Assembly (NCBI RefSeq): GCF_902652985.1
Contig: NC_047023.1
Coordinates: 3,658,001 to 3,722,000, forward strand
DNA length: 64,000 nucleotides
Source of the DNA: Pecten maximus
Lineage: Eukaryota
Direction of reading: 5' to 3'
Made by a program: the position numbers and the translations under genes. Shown piece after piece: positions 49,401 to 61,400 of this stretch; positions within the stretch are counted from its first letter, which is position 1; each line of letters opens with the position of its first letter. The notes beneath the pieces were generated by a model. It was not told the origin of the DNA and did not search any database. It saw nothing but the letters and a program-made list of their open reading frames with translations.

Positions 49401-52400
49401 TCTCATATTTCAATCAGAAAATAGGGGCAAAGTCAAAGATGCTGTTTCAGTTCTTGAAGCATGCAGTCCAAACTATTTTATCAGGGCTATACATTATAAA
49501 CCTTACACTATTTGACGTCATCCATGTTCCAAATATGCTTCATATGCATGTATTGAGTAATTTCTTTAGCATTGATTTTCTATTATGTAATTTGGTGTCT
49601 GTTGATAATATTTAGTCCACTAATGACCAACCTAAGGACGATCACGAGCACCAGTTCCATGTCTACCAATATTGATATCATCTGCAAAACCTCAAAATAT
49701 TCATTCTGCTCTCTATACTCGCAATTTCCTATGAATCAACTTAACAGCCCCATTAACGACCAGTCGTACTTCATTTCTGTTTCTCTAAACAAGATTGACA
49801 ACTGACGCAGTATTTCAAGTTTAATTTTTTCACTTTAGGATACTATCATCATTTCATAGAATTTCATAGATGTGGGAAGAAAAAACTACAGCGGGCGGGA
49901 CAATATATACCATTCCATGCCAAATTCAGACTGATATACATTCTTGATTCAAAATGCATACAAATACATTGATGTCATCATCAATCAAAACTCTGTGAAG
50001 AAAGTATATCATGATAGTTAAGAGGTCCTAAACTGAAAGAAGAGATCTCTGGACAAAATTATTATTCTACAAAAATAAAGGGCAACAACTCTTCCCGAAA
50101 CCATTGAGTCATCATACAGCATAGCTAATGCCAGCACAACCAATATCATGATATGATGATGTCAACGAAGTTCCTTAGAAAACTCAAAAACTCCGACCTC
50201 TCCCAATGACCTTAAAATCCAGAAAAGGGGCAACAACTCCATAACTATTTACAAAACCAAACATTTTGACAGGCATTTCGATAGTCATAATTTTCATCAT
50301 TTGTATTACTAAACCTCCTAATTAGCAGATATTTGTGAACAAAAAATTTGTAAAGGAAGGGCATGTCCTGATATTCATCCTGGTAACATTTCAATGGCTG
50401 TGATTTTCTTGGGGGAAAAAAACTCAATAAACTTTTGTCAATTTCTAGATACCCTTTGAATGATCTCCTGATGGCCAGCAAACCTCTTCTATTCTATCTT
50501 AAGAACAACTTGATTGTCAATTTCCCAAATTTATAACCTCGGAGTACTGTAAGTTTTCCTGCCTCGCATTCTCTGTCCTTTCAAACATGGCAGGTAATAC
50601 ACAGGACCACTGTTACAAGGCTCGAAAGAAAAATGAGTGGCCGAAAAAAAACATTGGGGAGGGGGATTGCAAGGAGAGACTACTGCAGCAGACACACTGC
50701 ACACTTTAACTTGTGTAAAAACAACGGTGGCATGATAGAAATGAATGTTTCTGTCAATCAATGGATTCGGCTATCGTCTTGAATCCTGGAATATAAGCTG
50801 TCACCTTGATCTAATATATGAATTGATTTATCTCTCTGGCAATGTCCTATTGTCTTAAAGACTTTATCTGAAACCAGAATTCAAGTTTACACCTTTACTG
50901 ATGTCACCATGGCCTCTTGTTTAAAATGAAGTAAAACTTGTGAAAAAATAAAGAGGTGTAAGCTTCTTAGCCTGAATCAATGGTTCACATGTGATGGACC
51001 TGTATGTGATACACACACCAAAACGTGCGTTCAGGAGATGAATGACAGACTAGGGTGAAGGACATGATTCCCAACTGGGAGTGTAAGATGTGTACAGAGT
51101 ATTTGTTGTCAGTATATTTACCTGCGTATCGTGAACACCTTTGCACGTGTTGCTTGATTTCGTTACACACTTCCGATGACAGGTATATTTACAAACTGAA
51201 AGACAAGAATAACAACCATCATTCTCATATACCCTCTGTATATGTAACACTTTGCTCTAAGTACGACCATCATTCTCATATACCCTCTGTATATGTAACA
51301 CTTTGCTCTAAGTACGACCATCATTCTCATATACCCTCTGTTTAGGTAACACCAGGTGTACCAAATCACATCTCTATTGATATTGTCATTTGACTCAATG
51401 TTATAAAAGATATTTTACATCCTGAAAAAAATTTAAACTTCGATTAAAAATAACTGTTTTTTATCCAATAAAAATAATGTCATTTTCAGGCATGTTATAC
51501 CTAACTGGTTCACTCCTTAAGAAATTGTCAAAAAATATTACCTGGTACTAAACACAACTGACTAAAAGAAACACAAAGAGTTATCTACCTTGACAGACAC
51601 TCCCCTTCTCCATAATCCAGATGATATTATTGCAGAATTCACAAAACGTAGGGATACCAAACTGTACCTGGCTGAACTTGTGTCCTTGGTATTCCTGGAA
51701 AATCATAAATTATTAATGGTTTCTACGTATTTACAATACCAGTTTCTTACATCAAGAGAGGAAATATCATATTTACAATACCAGTTACTTACATCAAGGC
51801 AGGAAATCTTGTATTTACAATACCAGTTACTGACATCAAGACAGGAAATATCATTTTTACAATACCACAGATAACATGGGATATTTTTGGCAGGACAAAT
51901 TGAAATGCTGATTATCACAGCCTCTGTAGCCAGGCTTCAACATTTTTGGTAAGATCCATATGACCTCTTTGAAAATAAAGTGTTTTAGAGGAAATGAAAT
52001 TGCACAATAGATCTTTTGATGTCGCTGCTAACTTCATTTTACAGTTGAAATGAACAATATCTGCTATATTGTGAAACATGTATCGTCCCTGCTCTTTTTA
52101 TGATGGACAGGGGCTAAAATGAGCATACAAACATTCAGGATAGAGCCTGGTGAATTTGCAACAAAATAGTTAATCAAGTCCATAAAATATCAGGAATTTG
52201 AAAAAATTACCAGATATAACTCTGTAACCTCAATGATCAACCTGAAGAGGATCTACAAGCAAAAAGTTTATTGACCGAGAAATGGACATCACTGAGGAGT
52301 CTAAATGAAGTGTGAGATGACCTGACCAACAGATAGATCAGGTATCATACCCACAGCTAATACGGCTGAACACATACCAAAACATCTTTCTTCTTGTTTT

Positions 52401-55400
52401 CTCGTTTCTGTGCCCTGCTTTCCGTTTTTCTGTCTTCCTTTTTCTTTTCTTTCTTATGATTCTTGATGAACTCGTCCAGGAAGCCACGGAAAGCATTGAT
52501 TCCCATGGTAACAGGGAAAGAGGCATTCGTCCCCTCGGCCTTCACTTCAGCATCCAAGGTGTGGACAAACTTAGCGAAGATGTCTCGATATGGCACATGT
52601 ACCTCTATTTTCTGTAATAACACAAACTTATAATTTTGTTATTCCATATAGAGAATATTAAGGCTAATAAAAAGCATAAAAAATTCTTTTAAATTAATTA
52701 ACAAAATTTCTGTCAAATTGAAGAACAGCAATTTTCAAAGTTTTATCATGTTTTTAAATGGCCATCAAACTATTTTTTCCACAAACATATTCTTAATATT
52801 GTAGCATGTTTTTGGTTTTTACCAAATCCACAAAAATGCCCTCATTTTATTTTACATCTTACTACAGTACAAAGTGACATAGTTCTTATTTGGCTTTCAC
52901 TTTTAAAGTTCCTGAGTATATCTCCTTCATTTAAACACCAAACTCCTACATAACGTCCATACCAATGATTGGCAGTGTAACAAAACTGTATTTTCATCCA
53001 AACTGAAATATTTACAAAAATTTTCTGTAAAAGATTTCAAACAAATTTACCTGTATTAAGATAGTGTAGGTACAGGTAATACAGGTAAATTTGTTTGAAA
53101 GCATTTACAGAAAAAAATTGTAAATATATTCAATATCTGTGGTTCTATAGAATATCTCAGACCGACACCTCCCCGATATCTCGGACCAACACCTGTACGG
53201 TGATAGTGTTTAACGAATCACTTACCTTTTTCTCCACTGATATAAGAGCTTGCATCTCTATGTGGAACTCCCTCAGTGATCGTTTAAAAACAGCATCAAA
53301 TATTGTATCTCTTCTGGAACAGTCTTTATTATAAGCTAAAAGCTGAAAACCCCAAACAAAGACACATTATCCTTTGAATAATAGAATTTATGTGGAGATT
53401 TTGAATAATAGAATTTATGCTGAAATTTTACGAAGTCTCTCATTGAGTTTTATCTTAACAAATAATCAAATTCATTACATTTACACTACACAACAGTAAT
53501 GCATCAGTTTATGGATTTTTTTTTCTTCTTTTCCAAATTCTGTACTCATTTGAACTAAATGAATCTATTCCTAAAGGTTTAACTGATTTTTTTTTTTACC
53601 AAACCTACTTTTTTATGAATGAACTCATCAAGCTGTGAGATCTCGGAGATGTCCTTGAGACCTAGTTCCTCAGGGTACTGCCACAGGGAGGTACCAGCCA
53701 GGGTCCACTCGTTTCTCTGAGGTGACGACGACTTCTTCTCCAGCTCAGCAGGCTTCCGGTCCTGGCGTTTCTTTCTACCTTTGCGGTCAGGTCGATCAGC
53801 ACTGGAGCTTATATCTTCCTGGGAACCTTGTACTGACCCCTTCCTGACTGTTGGGGATTTAGGGGCAGATAACTCTCCTACCGGTAACACTGATACACCA
53901 ACTGGGAAAAAAAAAAATCTCTAAAATAATGGGGCTTTCTATTTTGATGATTTTAATTAAGTGTTGAAAGAATACATTTGTAAGGAAGCTGATTCCTGGG
54001 TGAACACTACCAACAGCCATTATCATAATACTGGCCTCGGTAGTTAAATTGGCAAATAAAAAACATATTAAAAGATTTTTTTTTTTTTTTAATATCTATA
54101 TCAATATAATAATGTTCAATTTTTAAACAATACAATAACCTAACCTGATATATTGGTTTGTTTGAAACACAAACACATATTCTCTCAGGAGTAGCTTGTT
54201 TTGTTACTTCAGCTGTATACTGAAGTTACAAAACAAGCTACAAACTTTCTATTTTTAAGTCTGATATGAATTCTTCAGATATTTCCTCTGTAATGGTTAT
54301 TTTCATCCTCTTTTTTTCATTCAGACTATTTAAGTCGTCAGTATAATTACCTATCTTGGTGCCGAGGATTATACACCAGTCGTCAGTATAATTACCTACC
54401 ATGGTGCCGAGGATTATACACCGAGTCGTCAGTATAATTACCTACCTTGGTGCCGAGGATTATACACCGAGTCGTCAGTATAATTACCTACCTTGGTGTC
54501 GAGGATTATACACCAGTCATCAGTATAATTACCTACCTTGGTGCCGAGGATTATACACCGAGTCGTCAGTATAATTACCTACCTTGGTGTCGAGGATTAT
54601 ACACCAGTCATCAGTATAATTACCTACCTTGGTGTCGAGGATTATAAACCAGTCATCAGTATAATTACCTATCTTGGTGTCGAGGATTATACACCGAGTC
54701 ATCAGTATAATTACCTACCTTGGTGCCGAGGATTATACACCGAGTCGTCAGTATAATTACCTACCTTGGTGCCGAGGATTATACACCAGTCATCAGTATA
54801 ATTACCTACCTTGGTGCCATGGATTATACACCGAGTCGTCAGTATAATTACCTACCATGGTGTCGAGGATTATACACCAGTCATCAGTATAATTACCTAT
54901 CTTGGTGTCGAGGATTATACACCAGTCATCAGTATAATTACCTACCTTGGTGCCGAGGATTATACACCGAGTCGTCAGTATAATTACCTACCTTGGTGTC
55001 GAGGATTATACACCAGTCGTCAGTATAATAACCTACCTTGGTGCCGAGGATTATACACCAGTCGTCAGTATAATTACCTATCTTGGTGTCGAGGATTATA
55101 CACCAGTCGTCAGTATAATTACCTACCTTGGTGTCGAGGATTATACACCAGTCGTCAGTATAATAACCTACCTTGGTGCCGAGGATTATACACCAGTCGT
55201 CAGTATAATTACCTATCTTGGTGTCGAGGATTATACACCAGTCATCAGTATAATTACCTACCTTGGTGTCGAGGATTATACACTGACTCAGCCCGACTGT
55301 CACAACCTAGTATTGACACAACACTTGACATTTCCAAATCCTCATGCATACATGACCAATATAACATAGTTCAATCGTGAGTGGAATGAATTGTCCAAAC

Positions 55401-58400
55401 TGACCGTGATAGGTTGGAAAATGTCTGTACCTATCATATATATCATAGTACTAGTATATCATACAGGGCCATCAGGTTACGTACTTCTTGTATGGAGCTC
55501 TGGACCATGTTGTAAGACTTCGTCTTCATCGCTGTCATCCTGCGAGTCCTTCTTTCCTTTCTTGTTAGCTGTATAAGAAGATTCTCCAATAGTAATGACA
55601 ATTGTGTTGTACGCCACTGTTCTCTCAACACCAAAACAAATATCCCTGGGACATGTTTATTTCAGGTTTTCACATAAATACTTGAATTAGTTACTGTAAC
55701 AGTCGGGAATTTTTTTCGATTTTTTGCCAATATACCAAAAATCTGAATAAAAAAAACTAATTTTATAGAGAAAATCTGAAATAAAACATCAGATTCTCCA
55801 ATAAATTCATTTCAAGGTAACATTTTTTCATGAATTTATTCTATCCAGGAAAAAAAAAATGGTTAAAATAAAACTCCTTGAAAACAACACCATTTATCTC
55901 TGTATTATGTGTGTATGGACATGTCATATACCATGTTGTTTAATACTATATATCGTTTTTGGATGTATATACATTTTCTTCAAATGTTCCTTTACTGAGG
56001 AGAACTATGATTAATATCTGTTTGTTTAACCAATCCTTCAATTTCTTTTCTTCACATTTTAGAATGGAGTGATATAGAAAACACAAACAGCAATTTAAAA
56101 GTGTAATGTATAAAGTAGAAACATGTTCCTACCAGTAGAATAGCAACACAATGAAGTTGATTATTTTTAGAGGAATGTTTATGTAATACTTTCTTCATTT
56201 TTTACTTTGTGAAGAATAAATAACACCTTCAATGAGATTAACATCTAGAGCTGTTCTCTGCTTTTCCTATTCCAATGAATACAAAAGTCCTGCACATTAT
56301 CACATTTCCAATTCAGAAATCTCTTTTACTTCACAGCAACCTTTTATTCAGAAACCTGTTACTTCACAGCAACCTTTTATTCAGAAATCTCTTTCTTCAC
56401 AGTTAAAATTGATTCAGAAATCTCGTTTCGTAACTTCACAGCAACATTTGATTCAGAAATCTACCTCACAGCAACCTTTTATTCCGAAATCTCTTATTTC
56501 ACAGCCATCCTTGATTCAGAAATCTCTTACTTCACAGCCATCCTTGATTCAGATCTCTCTTACCTCACAGTTCCATTGATTCAGAAATCTCTTACTTCAC
56601 AGCAATCTTTTATTCAGAAATCTCTTACTCCACAGCAACCTTTTATTTAGAAATCTCTTACTTCGCAGCCATCTTTGATTCCGAAATCTCCTACTTCACA
56701 GCTACCTTTTATTTAGAAATCTCTTACTTCGCAGCCATCTTTGATTCCGAAATCTCTTACTTCAGTCACCTTTTATTCCGAAATCTCTTACTTCACAGCA
56801 TCTTTGATTCCGAAATCTCTTACTTCACAGCTTACTTTTATTTAGAAATCTCTTACTTCACAGCTGCCTTTTATTTAGAAATCTCTTACTTCACAGCCAT
56901 CTTTGATTCCGAAATCTCTTACTTCACAGCTAACTTTTATTCAGAAATCTCTTACTTCACAGCATCTTTGATTCAGAAATTTACTTCACAGCAACCTTTT
57001 ATTCAGAAACCTCTAAAATCAATAGTATTTTCTCTGAAACACTCTAGTTTCATCAGAGTTTTTACTCATTTCAATACCTGATCATGTTAAAAGAATGGAT
57101 ACAAAAATTGCAGGAACAGGCAAATCTGAAGCAGTGAAAATGACATTATGATAAGGCCAAACTACGTATAGTATTATATCGCCATTATTTATCATACAGG
57201 AAAAAAACACGAAACAACTTTATTATGAAACATCAGCCATTTTTTCACCCCGTCCCCCCAAATATAGTCAGTAAGAAATTCAATGATCTCATCCATTATC
57301 CACAAGTATACGAAAGTATATATAATGTATATAAACCGTAATAGGTGGCCACGGCCAATGGTTATGTGATGTATATATATATATGTATACACAGTTTATA
57401 TACTGAAATACTGAAAGGCCGTCAGAGGCAATGCTGAATGCACATGCTCAAGATGCATGCTCTCCACAAGGTAGACTGATGACAGCTGAGACATGACTCG
57501 GGCAGACAGAGGGTTGCAATGTGAAAGTCATACAAACCTATCATAGACAATAAATGTGTTGACTTAATTCCTACAGAAAAAGGTGTTAAAGTATTACAAA
57601 ACTACCACTACTACTACAACTACACTAGTAATGACCGTCACACAAACCTACAGTAATATATACAACTACGAACATTTGTCAGTTCATCCATGTACACACA
57701 TACAGACTGAATACAAAACTCGTAAAACAATCTAGTACAGGGCCAACAGGATATTCCATTCCAACCTTGGAAGACGCCATGCAAGGGTTTCTCATAGGCA
57801 TAAGCTCATTCCAAAAAAACATCCGCCAACTCTTAGCCAATCAGAGTACAGTTGGATTAAAGCGTGGCTGGTAACTTAGTAACCATTATAGTCAGTTTCA
57901 AATTTCATGCCCAGAACACTTGGGTCTTACTCACTCTTCTCCCTATGGAGGAATCGTAATGATGGTCTATGGCGCATTAGGTGATAAGCATTGCAACTCT
58001 TATTGGACTCCTTCAAATCTAGTTTTGTGAAACAGAATAATCAGGGAATTCATCAACAACACATCCTCCTGACACTATGAGTTTACAGAAACAGATCAGC
58101 CTTTTTACACAGACAATGATGAGTTGATGGGGTCTAGCAGCAAACTTTATTATAGAATTACCTATTTTATGTTAAACAGAACAGAAATCTATTGATTTTT
58201 TTTTTTTTTTTTTTTTAAATTTTGTTTGCCTACAACACTTAAGACTTTCATATATTTACTTTTTGTATAAATTTACAATTGATGCAATGAAAAATCTTGA
58301 ATGTACATGTATTGAGACATTATCTCATTTTCGGTAGAAATTATAGACATTGAAATGCAGAAAGATCATAGACATAGTCATGTATAGTAAATGTATACCT

Positions 58401-61400
58401 TACATGAAGTTCACTATTTCAATAAATTGAAAAAAAAAAAAAATTGAATAAAAACTTTTTGAAATTCAACAAGACTGAAACAATTTTGTTTGAAAACTGT
58501 GGGGACAAATACTTAGTGAGAAAACGCCTTAGAGACTAGCAGGCCAGCTGGTGACAGAGACTAGGTGGCCAGCTGGTGACAGAGACTAGCAGGCCAGCTG
58601 GTGACCCCAGACTACTTCTCAGTACTGTCACAGACAACAGAGGACAACAGTTCTACCACACACAGCTAGCTAACAGCCCCCTACAACCACTTCAGCACTA
58701 ATATCAAGGCTTCAGGAAGGGTTCAATCAAATGTACCTACAGTGAGCTTTAGTAAAATATACTCTTTGAAAATTACAGGATTTAATTTTTGTGAAATAAA
58801 CATGAAACAACAGAAATTTGTTTTGTTGATGATTAATATAAGAAATTATAATTTTTCATTTATACAATTTCACAAAAACTAATTATTTTGTCGTTAAAAC
58901 TCACTGCAAGTAATTTGGAGTATGTATAACTACACAGCACATGATTTGCCATTGATTTACACAGAACTAAACAAACATTTCCAGTATAAAATACATTGAA
59001 AATGAAAGTAAAATAATAAATCAGAAACCACTTCACCAGTGCTGATAGTTAAAGATATACTGATTTACATATAAACGGATGTACATACAGGAGAATGACA
59101 AATAATTACCTCTACTCGCTAAGTTAAGGTGAATATTCAAAGGTGGAGCTCAATGAACATTCATTTGAAGTAAAATGAATTTCTGTAAAAAGACAGACAT
59201 TTATATAAGGGGTGAAAACCTATATACTTCACCTCCCATAATATTCTTGAATTGTCGCCGCGCCCGGCGGAACGGACTGCGGTTTTTGGAGAAGTCACCG
59301 GTAGGAGATAGTGGTTGTGCTGGGAGCTCCTGTCGGTCCTTGTTTTTCTTGAGGCAGTCGTCAATTTCCTGGAGTTTATCTCGGGATATCACAATGGTGT
59401 CGGGACTAGTAGGTGAAGATTCCTAAACCAAGGGTCATACATCACATCAATATCTCATAACTAACTTAAATCACACTTCAGTCTCACACCCTCCTACATA
59501 TAAACAAGATTACAAAGGAATATAAGACAGTGAAAAGTTCGTAATGACATAGTTTATCTAACTCTCAAACTTTGTACATATGTAGTTCAAATAAAAATAA
59601 CTTGAAATATTTACAGTTATTCATATGTAGCAATGAATACAAAAAAGTTCCTGGTACCTAAGGATTGGATGCTGACTCCTTTTAAACTTCAAGCAATGTT
59701 ATAATATGATCACTAATTTAAATCAATAATTGATTAATTCATTTAAAATGAATTTCCTTTTCCAAGTAAATTTGATCTCATAGCAATATGATTATAGGGA
59801 GACAACTGAATAAAGGAAGTTTTTGATAAATCTTTCAGCAGTAAAAGACCGACATGTTAACAGTTATGAATATTTCCAAGCAGCTCAGAAACAGTAATCC
59901 TCAGTTATCTTGTTTACTTAACAGGAAAAGTCGAAAACCTACTTTTAGGTAAAAAAATCTTCATTTGCATGAGATGTAATTAATGCGTACATACATGTAT
60001 TTATACCTATGTCAGCAGAGTTCCTTCTGTATCATCAGTGTTATTACGACAGAAATGCCACAAAATTCAGTTATATCTACCTATATAGGGCATTACGCTA
60101 CTTGTAACTTTTCACTTTGCTTCATACTTACAAATGATGTAATAAATTCTCGCATACCTGATTCTAAAATAATAACCGTCCAAATGATGTAATAAATTCT
60201 CACATAGCTGATTCTAAAATAATAACCGTCCTGATCAGAACTTTATAGACAGTTATTGATTTGTACAGTCAGAATAATGACAGTAAATTTTTGTTGTATT
60301 TCCAGCTGCTGTACCGAAACAGGGTTTGATGAACAATGCAATGTGCATTCTGGTTGAATTTCAAATTCATCTCTGGTACATAATTATTTTGACAAAGCTT
60401 CGTCAGAATACAACAGACAAAGCTGCTTCAGAATGCCAACACTATATGCCTTGAACTCTATATATTCTGTTATAGAATGTCATCTCAGCATGCAATGTAC
60501 ACAACTTAATTAATATATGAACAAAAGGATTGCAATACCGGCCAATTTAATGAAAAATACAGTTTTGAAAACAATACAGAAATACTTTGATCTTGAAAAC
60601 AAAGAGATAAATTATTTTCAGGCAGCATTCAGCATCATGCAGGGAAAGGAAGTTGCAGTTCATGCACAAGACTTCTAGCCATATACACCCAACCACTGAC
60701 CACATGTACAGGAACTTAACACAGCAAGTCTTAATATAACATCAAAATCTTAATTTAAGAATCGAGCAAAATACAACTTTTGTGCAGCTAACATGAAACT
60801 ATAATCCTCCAAAATGAAGCCATTCCAAACCGATAAATTCAATATAATTATATCAGCATGAAACTAGGTTATATCTCAAAATCAACACAAACTGTTACAA
60901 TACCTCTGCCAAGCTATGAGGTATAAGAAGCTCTGAACAGGAAATAATGAAAACTTATCACAGGTTCAATATCACAAAGTTCAAGGTCGTTTATTTAGTT
61001 TTTATCAGACTATGATATACTCGAAGAGGTTAAAGCCTGTTCACCCAAATCTGTTATAAAAATTCCTCATTTTGTCATTTCAAAGTTAATTTAACAATTT
61101 GATGAATGCAATGCTTAATGTTTATTGTTTGAACAGTTAAGATTGAAAGATTCATAATTCAATTAATGATTTGTTGCATTAATGATGTAATTGTTAATTG
61201 AATCAATGATTTTATGAATAATTTAATTATCAATGATTTAGATAACTATTTGACGAATTTAATGCTGAAAGTTTATTGACTGAACAGACTGAGATTTGAA
61301 AGATTGACGATTCAATTAATGATTTGTACAATTAATGATTCAATTAAATGAATGAATGGTTTAATGGATTAATAATTTGATTGATGAATGATCAAGAAAT

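Noticed and set aside
51215-51341. Duplicated acceptor plus exon start for the C1 exon
   Set aside because: The true acceptor is at 51196. The repeat lies wholly in the intron and its AGs do not give the C1 reading.
58513-58624. Possible MYO9 exon with a good acceptor and an internal ~26-bp repeat
   Set aside because: Stop codons in all three frames. At most a poison or terminal exon, and unsupported.
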